DNA of 35,456 nt from Candidatus Woesearchaeota archaeon (GTDB lineage Archaea; Nanobdellota; Nanobdellia; Woesearchaeales; JBBIVF01), in assembly GCA_037439845.1 (NCBI GenBank), contig JBBIVF010000003.1, positions 3,850-39,305 on the forward strand. The letters run 5' to 3'. The notes beneath the pieces were generated by a model. It saw only the letters and a program-made list of their open reading frames with translations, was not told the origin of the DNA and did no database searches. The position numbers and the translations under genes are program-made. Positions 26,735-35,456 of this stretch are shown in pieces (position 1 is the stretch's first letter; every line of letters begins with the position of its first letter).

Positions 26735-28074
26735 CTTATGATATTTTTTCTGAGTTTTCTTTCTTCTTTTTTCAAAATTTCTTTTGTTTTTGCTTCAATT
26801 ACATATTTTATCTGGTTTAGAGTATTGCTTTTTCTTATGTTAAACCAGAAATTATCATAATAAAATGTCAGACCGTCAAGTTTTGATAATCTTCTATATT
26901 TAGTTCTACTATAAGTTTTTTTGATATTTTCCATTATCCTATTTTTTTCTTCTTCGCTATTAACTTCTATTATGGTTTCTCTGGTTGTATGATACCTCTT
27001 GTATTGTGCTATCAATTCGCTCATTTTTTTATTTGTTCTCTGGAGTATCTTCAAGATATGTATTGCAGCAAGGGCCGCAGAATCAAGATAATTGAAATCT
27101 CTGAAGAAATAATGGCCTGATTTCTCGCATCCAAAAGAGCCATCTACCTCTCTTAATCTCTTTGAATTATTTGTTCTTCCAACTTTACACACTATGCCTA
27201 TTGCTTTCTTTTTCTTAATAATATCTTTAACTATTTGGCTTTGGTTTATTGAATAAACAACTTTATCTCCTTTTTTTACTAAATTATGTATCAGCAAACA
27301 TGCAATATGGTCTGTGTCTATTGCATTTCCTTTCTCATCAATACACACTAATCTGTCAGCATCACCGTCAAATACTACCCCTAATCTGGCTTTCCTTTTT
27401 TTTACTTCTTTTTGTGCCTGTTTAAGGCATTCTTTTTCAAGAGGATTTAATCCGTGCCTGATTTTTCCTCCTAATTTCCCATTCAGCACAACAATATTGC
27501 ATTTTCTCTTCAATATTTGGGCCTCTATACAACCCATCATAGAATTAGGATCAATTATTGTCAAGAATTTAATTTTACTTGGTATTTTTCTCACTAGGAA
27601 TTTTCGATAATCTTTCTCCATAGATATCTTCTTCACGCGCCCTTTTTTCATTTTTCTGGTTCTGCTTTTTTTCATCATTATATTCATAATTTCCTTCATT
27701 CCTTCCTTGAATCCAATTGCTCTAGCTTTTTCACCTACAAACTTGAACCCATTATATTGCATAGGATTATGAGAAGCAGTAATCATTATCCCGAGTCGCA
27801 TTTTCTTTTTCATGACACAGAAATAGAACATTGGTGTTGAACACAAACCAATATCAATTACATTTTTTCCTTGACTTATAATGCCTGAAATCAGATTTTT
27901 TTTCAGAAAAGAGCTATGATGCCTGACATCCATTCCTATTATTATAGAGTTAATATGCTTTTTTTCCATGTATTTTCCTACTGCTACTCCTAATTCAAAT
28001 GCAAATTCATCTGTCAGCTCTTTTTTGTAAATCCCTCTTATATCATATTCTTTGAACAAATAGCAATAATTCAT
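26713..28074 (-). CDS. Phosphomannomutase/phosphoglucomutase
   Basis: YDIRG, TASHNP, FDGDADR, CEKSGH, RKSNT. Confidence 0.93.
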   Translation of the reverse strand: MNYCYLFKEYDIRGIYKKELTDEFAFELGVAVGKYMEKKHINSIIIGMDVRHHSSFLKKNLISGIISQGKNVIDIGLCSTPMFYFCVMKKKMRLGIMITASHNPMQYNGFKFVGEKARAIGFKEGMKEIMNIMMKKSRTRKMKKGRVKKISMEKDYRKFLVRKIPSKIKFLTIIDPNSMMGCIEAQILKRKCNIVVLNGKLGGKIRHGLNPLEKECLKQAQKEVKKRKARLGVVFDGDADRLVCIDEKGNAIDTDHIACLLIHNLVKKGDKVVYSINQSQIVKDIIKKKKAIGIVCKVGRTNNSKRLREVDGSFGCEKSGHYFFRDFNYLDSAALAAIHILKILQRTNKKMSELIAQYKRYHTTRETIIEVNSEEEKNRIMENIKKTYSRTKYRRLSKLDGLTFYYDNFWFNIRKSNTLNQIKYVIEAKTKEILKKEERKLRKNIIRWKKENT

Positions 28075-28217
28075 TTTTTCCTCTTTTTATTAACTTGTTC
28101 AATCATATTCGCATAATTAGAAATTGCCTGCCTTGCAACCTCGCTCCATTTTATTTCAGGGTGCTTCTTAATTAGTTCATACACTTCTTCGCTGACTGAT
28201 AGTGTTATGTTTGGCAT
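28071..28217 (-). CDS. Ribbon-helix-helix protein, 48 aa (not in ORF track)
   Basis: MPNITLSVSEEVYELIKKHPEIKWSEVARQAI is an archaeal RHH pattern; ATGA overlap with the phosphomutase start. Confidence 0.85.
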   Translation of the reverse strand: MPNITLSVSEEVYELIKKHPEIKWSEVARQAISNYANMIEQVNKKRKK

Positions 28218-28221
28218 TTTA

Positions 28222-28255
28222 TCACATATTTATGTGAATTATTTGTATTCACATA
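28222..28255. promoter_or_regulatory. Three alternating TCACATA half-sites, candidate RHH operator
   Basis: TCACATA-TT-TATGTGA and TATGTGAAT-N7-ATTCACATA immediately upstream of the RHH start. Confidence 0.6.
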
Positions 28256-28554
28256 TTAATAAATTTTGTTTTTTATAATATTTTATAACATTACTATTTT
28301 TTTACTATTAACTCCTTAAGAACAACAAATAGTGGTGATATATTTACCCTCATTTATTTAAATTAAAAGAAAAAAACCTTATTTTACTTTTATACAACCA
28401 AGAGCTTTTTTCGTACAACTAAAAAAGCAAAAATACAAATCCCCATTTTTTTCTTTTTTTTCTTTCTTTTCCCCATTTTCTTCATCCTTATAATATTTTC
28501 TTTATAGAAAATAATCATCAAAATAAATTTAAAATCTAGAGTTAATAGAAGTAT

Positions 28555-28791
28555 ATGCTTAGCAGACAAGGATTGTTTAGATTGCGATTAATATATCTCT
28601 TATTATTCTCTTTTAGCATAATACTTTTTGGAATGGCATTAAGCTCAGAGGAAAGTTCCAGAAAATTTGTTTTTGGATCAGCAGTAACTGTTTTTCTATT
28701 TTCATTATATTTTTGGATTCTTTCAATGGTTTACAAATTAACCCCTAATTTTATCAAAAGAAAAGAAAAAGAATTTCTCGAAAAAAAATAA
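28555..28791 (+). CDS. Small two-TM membrane protein
   Basis: 78 aa, two hydrophobic segments, charged tail, TATA-like TTTAAAA upstream. Confidence 0.6.
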   Translation: MLSRQGLFRLRLIYLLLFSFSIILFGMALSSEESSRKFVFGSAVTVFLFSLYFWILSMVYKLTPNFIKRKEKEFLEKK

Positions 28792-28821
28792 TTCTGTCTC
28801 CTGTTGCAGTAAACAGATTAC

Positions 28822-28905
28822 TGCGGGGGTAGGGGTTCGAACCCTAGTAAGCACTAAGCTATACGCCCCTCAAGCGTACCCGTTTGACCACTCCGGCACC
28901 CCCGC
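28822..28905 (-). tRNA. tRNA-Leu(GAG)
   Basis: GCGGGGG acceptor, anticodon arm TACGC-TTGAGGG-GCGTA, long variable arm, GTTCGAA; no encoded CCA. Confidence 0.96.
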
Positions 28906-29021
28906 GAGAGTATTTGATATCAGAAATCCTATTTATTTAAAAAAGTTATTGATATTGTTATTAAAAGAATTTGGTTGATAATGGATAAATATTTATAATA
29001 AAAAGATAATAGCCGAATATC

Positions 29022-29695
29022 ATGGACCTAACTGATTTCATATATCGACTTGAGCAGATGGGTATTGCCGAAGTCCTTTTACCATTTATTCTCGTTTTCA
29101 CATTGATCTATGCTATTCTCCAGACAACAAAAGTGCTTAGCGAAAAGAAGGCCATCAACATAGTAGTTGGAATCGCAATGGGCGCAGGCGTAGTCTTTCC
29201 CCATGTGATGGGTTATTATCCAATAGGCAATGACCCTGTTATATTCATCAACACATTCCTTCCTTATGTCTCAATTGTAGTTGTGGCTGTGATAACATTC
29301 CTCTTACTCATAGGTGCCTTTGGTTTGGATATAAAAGACATGTCAAATAAAACTTATCCTTTTGTCATACTATTTGCCTTAATTTTTAATTTTTTCACAA
29401 AAGAATTTTTTTCCCACTTTGTCACCAACAATATTGACATTGACTATACTGATAGGTATTTATGTGCTCATGACATCAAAGGGTCCAGGCACAAGAGGAG
29501 CTGCCCAAGGCTGGATATTGCTTGTATCTTTGCTTTTGATTTTAGGGAATATTCTATTATTCAAAAGCATGGAATTATGCTCCGCATTTCCTGGATTTCA
29601 TGTCCACATCTGAATTCCAAATTGGGTTGATAATTGCCGGTGTTTTTATGATCATCATTTTATTTGTGATAGGTTCTTCAGAAGATGAAGAATAA
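29022..29695 (+). CDS. Multi-TM archaeal membrane protein with two apparent +1 homopolymer frameshifts
   Basis: VLLPFILVFTLIYAILQ N-terminus. Removing one T from T7 (29406-29412) and one base near G3 (29545-29547) gives a continuous hydrophobic protein ending IIILFVIGSSEDEE*. Confidence 0.72.
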
Positions 29696-29717
29696 AAAAA
29701 TAAAGCATAGGAGGAAT

Positions 29718-30362
29718 ATGAAAATGAACAAGATATTTGTGTTTATTTTGCTGCTCGCAGTTATGGTTTCAGTATTTGCATGCAGCAAACAGCCAGAATC
29801 AAACAAAGTTAATATAAATCTTGAAGACAAAACTCCAGTAGATAATGCAAAACCAGCAGAATCTCCAGACAAGATGAGTTTTGGAGATATGTATAAATTC
29901 GGCTCATTGAAATCATATGAATACAGAATAACTGCAAATGCAGGCGGTGCTAAAGAAATTATGAATATGAAATACAGCATCACTTCTGATACAATAAACG
30001 GAAAATCTGCTTGGTTACAGACATCCACTGCCTCAATACAAGGCGGCACAGTCACCACAAAAATGTGGCTAGATAAATCAACTATGAAATGCTTGAAGAT
30101 AACAACAGAATCTAATTTTATGGGTCAAAAAATGGAGCAAGAAGGCTCATGCCCAGAAGAGGGCCTTGGTTCTGAATCCTCAGTTCAAGGAGAGATGCCA
30201 AGAAGAACAGGAAAAGAAACAGTCACAGTTCCTGCAGGAACATTCAGCACTGACAAGTATAGCATAGGTGAAGCAAATTATTATATAAGCCCAAAAGTTC
30301 CTATTCCAGTCAAATATACTTTTGGCAATGATGTTGTTATGGAGCTGGTAAGTTATTCTTAA
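29718..30362 (+). CDS. Lipoprotein with beta-rich domain (ETVTVPAGTF motif, DUF3108/DUF4412-like)
   Basis: AGGAGG RBS; VSVFAC lipobox; start moved from 29685. Confidence 0.75.
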   Translation: MKMNKIFVFILLLAVMVSVFACSKQPESNKVNINLEDKTPVDNAKPAESPDKMSFGDMYKFGSLKSYEYRITANAGGAKEIMNMKYSITSDTINGKSAWLQTSTASIQGGTVTTKMWLDKSTMKCLKITTESNFMGQKMEQEGSCPEEGLGSESSVQGEMPRRTGKETVTVPAGTFSTDKYSIGEANYYISPKVPIPVKYTFGNDVVMELVSYS

Positions 30363-30420
30363 TTTTTTTCTTTCTTTTTTTTTAGCAATATTTAAATACT
30401 GAACCTTCTAAAAAGCTACT

Positions 30421-30750
30421 ATGACAAAAAAAGAAAAAGAAAAAGGTCTAACCTATAGTTTGAAAGAATTCGCAAAAAGTTTTCTCATTAATTCTATGAA
30501 AGGCATCTTCGATAATGTAATGCAGACCCTTAAGCAAGAGATATTGGACACCAAAAAAAAGATATTGCGGTCAGTATTCATTTTCTTGTTGTTGTTTGCA
30601 GGCATATTTTTCATTTTCCTGGGAGGAGTTTTTCTCATTAATCAATACACCAAATTAGGATTTGGATGGAGTTTTGTTATTATAGGTTTGCTTATATTAG
30701 TATTCTCAATGTTTATGAAATTCATTTTCATGATACAAGAAAAAAGATGA
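30421..30750 (+). CDS. Two-TM protein resembling YqjE/phage holin 3_6 family
   Basis: Amphipathic N-terminal helix (LKQEI) followed by two TM helices with GWSFVIIG. Confidence 0.6.
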   Translation: MTKKEKEKGLTYSLKEFAKSFLINSMKGIFDNVMQTLKQEILDTKKKILRSVFIFLLLFAGIFFIFLGGVFLINQYTKLGFGWSFVIIGLLILVFSMFMKFIFMIQEKR

Positions 30751-30760
30751 GGTTGATAAA

Positions 30761-30982
30761 ATGGCAAAAGCAAAAAATAAAGTTATTCCAAAAGCAAAAT
30801 TAAACGCTGCCAAGAAAAAAGCAGCTCAACAGCTCAAGATTCTCAAAGGAAAGTATAATCTTGCTGAAAAAAAAGTCAAGACATATGTGCATAAGAATCC
30901 AGAAAAAGCAGCTTTAATTGCAGCTGCAATAGGTGCGGCAATAGGCGCAGGCCTTGCAATAGCCATGAAAAAAAAGAAATAA
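30761..30982 (+). CDS. Tail-anchored ElaB/YqjD (DUF883)-like protein
   Basis: YVHKNPEKAALIAAAIGAAIGAGL followed by KKKK; GAGGT RBS. Confidence 0.7.
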   Translation: MAKAKNKVIPKAKLNAAKKKAAQQLKILKGKYNLAEKKVKTYVHKNPEKAALIAAAIGAAIGAGLAIAMKKKK

Positions 30983-31089
30983 TTTTCTCTTTTTCTCTAT
31001 TTTCTTTTACGTTTATTTATCCCAATTATTTTTTCTTCTTCAATTTATTTTCTGCCTGTCAACTGTAGCTGTAAACCGATAACTGTTTA

Positions 31090-31173
31090 TGCGGAGGAAG
31101 GGGTTTGAACCCTTGTAGGCACTAAGCCACTACGCCCTGAACGTAGCCCGTTTGACCACTCCGGCACCTCCGC
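31090..31173 (-). tRNA. tRNA-Leu(CAG)
   Basis: GCGGAGG acceptor, CTACG-TTCAGGG-CGTAG anticodon arm, long variable arm, GTTCAAA. Confidence 0.96.
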
Positions 31174-31176
31174 AAC

Positions 31177-31250
31177 TGAGGCCGCGAGGATTTGAACCCC
31201 GATCTCTACCCCCCGAAGGTAGAATGATAGCCAAGTTACACTACGGCCCC
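31177..31250 (-). tRNA. tRNA-Pro(CGG)
   Basis: GGGGCCG/CGGCCTC acceptor, CTACC-TTCGGGG-GGTAG anticodon arm, GTTCAAAT. Confidence 0.95.
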
Positions 31251-31396
31251 TTAAGCCAAGAAACACCAAACATATTAATAAATGTTATCCGAAGAACAAC
31301 TTATATCTTGCACTAGCCCTGTTTTAGAAATATCCGCGAGAATTTTTGTCTTTATTATAAATCCATTTAACACTACTTGATCTTCTTACGATATTT

Positions 31397-31930
31397 TTAC
31401 TTTTTGTTTATATAATCTATTATTTTATTTACAACATCCTGAATATCGAGTGAAGATGTGTTTATGACTTTGTCATAATGCTTTTTTTCCTGATAATTAA
31501 CTTTATAGACTTTTTGCCACCTTTTTATTTCAGATTTCTCTCTTTGATTTATTTTAGCTAATGCTTCTTTCTCATTCTTGCTCTTTTCATCCTTTCTTCT
31601 TGCTTTCATTATTCTTCTTATTCTTGTTTTTTCATCTGCATCAAGATATATTTTGATAGAATCTGGTATGAAAAAAAATCCTAGTCTTGACTCTAACACG
31701 AAATCATCATGCTCTTTGCCAAATTGCATCTGCCTCTTGTCTATCAAGTCATCTATTTCAGGATGCTGTTCACAATATTTAGAGAATTCATTTAAGTTCA
31801 TTCCTTTTTGGTATGCTATCTTCCTGAAGAAATCGCCTGAAGAATAGAATTTAAGTTTTAGTTTTTTGGCCAAAGCCTTTCCAACTGTTGTTTTTCCAGA
31901 ACCAGGAGGACCTGAAATAGTTATTTTCAT
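31397..31930 (-). CDS. cmk: Cytidylate kinase, archaeal type
   Basis: ITISGPPGSGKTT, SGDFFR, IDKRQ, VLESRL, YDKVINTS. Confidence 0.92.
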   Translation of the reverse strand: MKITISGPPGSGKTTVGKALAKKLKLKFYSSGDFFRKIAYQKGMNLNEFSKYCEQHPEIDDLIDKRQMQFGKEHDDFVLESRLGFFFIPDSIKIYLDADEKTRIRRIMKARRKDEKSKNEKEALAKINQREKSEIKRWQKVYKVNYQEKKHYDKVINTSSLDIQDVVNKIIDYINKK

Positions 31931-31951
31931 AATGTTTCTACCTATTCTTTA

Positions 31952-32824
31952 TTATGCTTTATTTTCTGAGCCAAATATTTTAATATGTCTAATCACATTT
32001 TCCTTTACTGCTTCTCTTGCAGGCCCTAGATAATGTCTTGGATCAAATGTCTTTTTGTCTTCTTTTATCTGTTTAGGATTTTCTTGATAGAATTTCCTTA
32101 CTGCCTCGTCAAATGCAAGCTGAAGCTGAGTGTCAATATTTATCTTAGATATGCCCAAAGAAATTGCTTTCTTTAAGTCAGCATCACTTACTCCTGATGA
32201 GCCATGAAGAACAAGAGGCACATCTAATGTTTCTCTGAGTTCTTTTAGTCTTTTGAAGTCCAGTTTCGGCAAAGCCATGAAGCCTCCGTGCGCAGTGCCT
32301 ATAGAAGGCGCAAAAGAATCACACTTTGTTCTCTTAACAAAATCAAGAGCAATCTCAGGGTCAGTAAGCATTATTGTTTTTGCCTGAGTTTTCACATCTT
32401 CTATTCCTGGAATAACTCCAAACTCAGCCTCAACACTTACCTTATATTTATGCGCATAATCAGCCACTTTCCTGCTAATCTTAATATTTTCCTCATAAGG
32501 AAGCTTGGATACATCTATCATAACCGAGCTATAGCCAATATCAATACTTTTTTTGATTGTTTCAAAGTGATGAGCATGGTCAACATGAAGGCAAATTGGC
32601 GTTTTTGTGGTCTTTAAAGCGCTCATCGCGATTGAATACAGATACTCAATTCCTGCATATTCAATTGCAGATTCACTTGTTTGCATAATTACAGGAGAAT
32701 TCATTTCTTTGGCAGCTTCAGCAATTGCTTGACACACTTCCATATTTGAGAAATTAAATGCACCTACTGCATAGCCATTATCTCTTGCCCTTGCCAACAA
32801 CTTTTTGCTGCTGATGAACTTCAT
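31952..32824 (-). CDS. fba: Class II fructose-bisphosphate aldolase
   Basis: AVGAFN, LHVDH, SSVMID, VEAE, GTAHG, LVLHGSSG, KINIDT, DPR. Start moved from 32848. Confidence 0.93.
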   Translation of the reverse strand: MKFISSKKLLARARDNGYAVGAFNFSNMEVCQAIAEAAKEMNSPVIMQTSESAIEYAGIEYLYSIAMSALKTTKTPICLHVDHAHHFETIKKSIDIGYSSVMIDVSKLPYEENIKISRKVADYAHKYKVSVEAEFGVIPGIEDVKTQAKTIMLTDPEIALDFVKRTKCDSFAPSIGTAHGGFMALPKLDFKRLKELRETLDVPLVLHGSSGVSDADLKKAISLGISKINIDTQLQLAFDEAVRKFYQENPKQIKEDKKTFDPRHYLGPAREAVKENVIRHIKIFGSENKA

Positions 32825-32926
32825 TATGATTTTAGCCAATTTCATCAATATAAATATTTTGTTTTTCTTGTTTTTCTAAATATATTTTCTAAAAATATTT
32901 AAATATCATACTCATAGTGACTACTA

Positions 32927-33796
32927 ATGAAAACAAAAAGGTCCCAAATTCAAACAGTTCTTATATTAATTTTTTCTTCAGCCATAATAATATTGCTATT
33001 TTTCTTCGGATTCAAGTATCTTAATACATTGACAAGAGGTTCAGCACAAGTGTCATATCAATCGTTTCTCCTTGATTTTGCGGATAATGTCAAAGCAATG
33101 AAATACGAAAGAGGCGTGACAAAGAATTTTGCCTATGACATAATAAATATAGAAAAAATTTGTTTTTTTGATTTAAGATATAGAAATATTATCTCCAAAA
33201 CCCCTGAGATATTGTCTGATCCGATTCTACTTGATGCCATCCTGGAGAAAAACTCAGATTATTCAATGGTATTATACGAGAAGAAAAAAGGTGCACTTCC
33301 TCAAAATTTTGAGAACATCTCAATACCAGCATATCCATATTATTATTGCTTTGAGTCTCCTGTAAATAGTTATGATTTCTATATTTTCTCAGGCAATCCT
33401 CCTACATTACTAATAAGCTTACATAAATGCATTCAATTCATTCTAGACAAAGGTCTTGTCAATAATAGCATCGAATTGACCTCATCAGACTCCAGATTTA
33501 TTCTTGAAATACCTAAAGGTACAAATATAACTAATCTGCAATCTCCTTCTCAGGAAGTTAACGAAATCTGTATTGATAAAGTCTCTCTTAATGATACAGA
33601 GTTAAAAACAGAGAAATATAACTTAACTCCATCTTGGCTTAAATTTGGCAATAAAGAAGTCATTCTTAAATATAAGTACTATCCTATACAGAACTGCGGA
33701 TATAGTCTTGGTTTCAGTAATTTGACTTATCAATCATTTCAATGTAATGATAATAAAGAGATAGTGTTCAAGAATGTGACAATAATCAAGAATTAA
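32927..33796 (+). CDS. Surface protein with class III (pilin-type) signal peptide
   Basis: MKTKRS/QIQ followed by a hydrophobic helix; Cys-containing beta-rich remainder. Confidence 0.65.
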   Translation: MKTKRSQIQTVLILIFSSAIIILLFFFGFKYLNTLTRGSAQVSYQSFLLDFADNVKAMKYERGVTKNFAYDIINIEKICFFDLRYRNIISKTPEILSDPILLDAILEKNSDYSMVLYEKKKGALPQNFENISIPAYPYYYCFESPVNSYDFYIFSGNPPTLLISLHKCIQFILDKGLVNNSIELTSSDSRFILEIPKGTNITNLQSPSQEVNEICIDKVSLNDTELKTEKYNLTPSWLKFGNKEVILKYKYYPIQNCGYSLGFSNLTYQSFQCNDNKEIVFKNVTIIKN

Positions 33797-34281
33797 GGCA
33801 ATCTTCTCAATCTTTTTATCTCATACTTAGTCATATCTTGCTCTGATAATTCAGGCACTTCTTTTTCTTTTTCGCTTTGAGAAAGAGCAGAAACCAAAAT
33901 ATTGGCAGTTTCCTTTAAACTTTCTGGTTCTGCTTGAATACCCTGCCACTCAAGGTTGATTCCATCTCCTCTTTTTCTCGGCAACAAATCAACAGAAAAA
34001 TGTGCAATTTTCTGTCCTCCTTCAATGCCATTTCTTATCATTATATTCGTGCCATCCATTCCTAATATCTCAAAGACTGCCTTAGATAAAAAATTAGTAA
34101 CATTTCCAATTTTTCTTAATATGTCGTCATCACAGTCTCCAAAAACTACAACGTGCTTTTTAGGAGCTATTGTAATTTCAGAAACAGATCTTGGTGCTGG
34201 TGAAAGAAAAGCCACTACATCAGTATCTTCATAAATCAACTCATCTTTTCTCTCGATAATAGCACAAATATCGCATATCAT
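33793..34281 (-). CDS. HIT-fold protein with degenerate triad (HFSVD)
   Basis: CDIC, APKKH, GQKIAHFSVDLLPR. Confidence 0.8.
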   Translation of the reverse strand: MICDICAIIERKDELIYEDTDVVAFLSPAPRSVSEITIAPKKHVVVFGDCDDDILRKIGNVTNFLSKAVFEILGMDGTNIMIRNGIEGGQKIAHFSVDLLPRKRGDGINLEWQGIQAEPESLKETANILVSALSQSEKEKEVPELSEQDMTKYEIKRLRRLP

Positions 34282-34910
34282 TTGAACACTTCTGAGATCC
34301 TGTCCAGATCTTCCTCCTCTTTTTCCTCTTCTTTACCTCTGTTGTTCTCTTCTTTCAGCACACTCTTCTCTTTGTCAGCATATGCTTCAAGATAACTTGT
34401 CAATTCATCATTTTTTTCCTCTCTACTTTCTTCTTCTTTTTTTATTTCCTTTTCTTGTTCAGTATCATTTTTTCCGAGCATAAGGTCTATCTTTTTTCTC
34501 AAAATTATCCTCAATTGGTTTAGCTCCTGCTCAGACATACTATACTCCGGCACATTAAAAAGATCTTTATTTGAATCGTTTCTGGGTATGATATGAACAA
34601 TAAGATGTGGAGCTTTTTGGCCTGCAGCTACTCCATTTGCTATAAACACAGTTGTTCCTTTTACTTTCATTCCTTTTATCATTGCATTGCTGATTTTTTT
34701 TGCAGAAACAAAAAGTTCTTCTACTGTCTTTTCATCTGCTTGTTGCATAACTTGTAAATGATTTTTAGGAACAAGAAGACAATGACCTATTGTTACTGGC
34801 CTTATATCAAGAAATGCACAGCAATAATCATTCTCAAATATTATTTTTCCAGGCACTTTCTTATGCGCAATATTGCAGAAGATGCAATTCTCATCTACTT
34901 TATATTCCAT
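34278..34910 (-). CDS. HIT-fold protein with degenerate triad (HLIVH) and acidic tail
   Basis: NCIFC, GHCLLVPKNH, GQKAPHLIVHIIPR. Confidence 0.85.
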   Translation of the reverse strand: MEYKVDENCIFCNIAHKKVPGKIIFENDYCCAFLDIRPVTIGHCLLVPKNHLQVMQQADEKTVEELFVSAKKISNAMIKGMKVKGTTVFIANGVAAGQKAPHLIVHIIPRNDSNKDLFNVPEYSMSEQELNQLRIILRKKIDLMLGKNDTEQEKEIKKEEESREEKNDELTSYLEAYADKEKSVLKEENNRGKEEEKEEEDLDRISEVFK

Positions 34911-35144
34911 AAGTTTTTTTCATTCTATCTCATTCAAAAACGTTGCGGTATGTTCTATCCTGAATAACAAATTTTATTGATTAATTTTTAAAATATGTTT
35001 TATTTATTTAATTATTTTTTTAAAATATGTTAAAAATTTAACTCTTAATTTACTTTTTCAAATTTAAAATATATTGCAAAAGTATAAATATAAGCTTTAT
35101 TTAAGAATTTTAAATAGATTTTATTTAAAAGAGGTGATATTTTT

Positions 35145-35456
35145 ATGAAAAGAATCGAAACCGGCATAATTGGTCTTGACCAATTGATTGATGGAGGAAT
35201 TCCAGAGAAATCTTCAGTAGTTTTATGTGGTGCTCCAGGAACCGCTAAAAGTATATTCGGCCTGCAATTTTTATATCATGGCGCAAAAAAGAACGAGCCA
35301 GGATTATATGTGACCATAGAAGAGAAACCTCAAAATCTCATCGAACAGGCAGAACAATTTGGATGGAAACAAAATCCAAAAGTCAAATTCATAAAAATAC
35401 CAATAGATGAGATGGGACATGACATAGTGTCTGAGATAGTGGCAGAGGCAAAAAAA
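35145..35456 (+). CDS. KaiC/RecA-superfamily ATPase, partial (runs off the right edge; not in ORF track)
   Basis: GAGGTGA RBS; MKRIETGIIGLDQLIDGGIP, GAPGTAKS, FGLQFL, YVTIEE. Confidence 0.9.
   Translation, partial: MKRIETGIIGLDQLIDGGIPEKSSVVLCGAPGTAKSIFGLQFLYHGAKKNEPGLYVTIEEKPQNLIEQAEQFGWKQNPKVKFIKIPIDEMGHDIVSEIVAEAKK

Noticed and set aside
28260-28550. AT-rich spacer with loose TACAAC and CCCCATTTT duplicates as a replication origin
   Set aside because: No ORB-like repeats and no adjacent cdc6/orc1.
28822-31173. Integrated element bounded by tRNA-Leu att repeats
   Set aside because: Both copies are complete tRNAs with different anticodons and differing 3' halves; no integrase lies between them.
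31087-31269. 60-aa ORF
   Set aside because: It overlaps two tRNA genes.
31282-31380. Possible 32-aa ORF between tRNA-Pro and cmk
   Set aside because: No RBS or recognisable motif; too short to support.
240-34967. Many short F/S/L/I-rich ORFs in the track (e.g. 240-446, 619-1035, 8021-9394, 15391-15903, 31578-31847)
   Set aside because: Antisense or alternate-frame shadows of K/E-rich real genes.
1-35456. CRISPR array, rRNA, transposase or integrase
   Set aside because: No repeat-spacer pattern or relevant motifs found; the tandem repeats have no spacers.

Overview
AT-rich, gene-dense archaeal chromosomal segment. Archaeal EF-1beta, SRP54, DtdA, Elp3, Hel308-like helicase and Cmk, TATA-like boxes about 25 nt before start codons, GGTGA/GAGGTG ribosome-binding sites and tRNAs without encoded CCA support this. 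The gene mix resembles a DPANN (Woesearchaeota-like) genome, which is my inference. I count about 40 CDS and three tRNAs (Leu-GAG, Leu-CAG, Pro-CGG), and see no CRISPR array, rRNA, transposase or integrase. Several real genes are missing from the supplied ORF track: a coiled-coil gene at the left edge, two small ORFs before the P-type ATPase, an RHH gene and a KaiC-like gene at the right edge. Most noteworthy: (1) an AbrB-like gene, GNRA hairpin and two microproteins in front of a P-type ATPase; (2) a MIT-like + AAA (Vps4-like) ATPase with a Cys-rich partner; (3) an RHH-headed operon encoding a phosphohexomutase, an APC permease-methyltransferase fusion and a three-repeat lipoprotein; (4) a Hel308 N-terminal half ending at a domain boundary next to an 873-aa orphan; (5) a coupled pair of catalytically degenerate HIT proteins; (6) an in-frame TAG in Elp3. 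Three genes carry reading-frame breaks, some in homopolymers, so sequencing error is the main alternative explanation for those. All family assignments come from motif recognition by eye, not from database searches.
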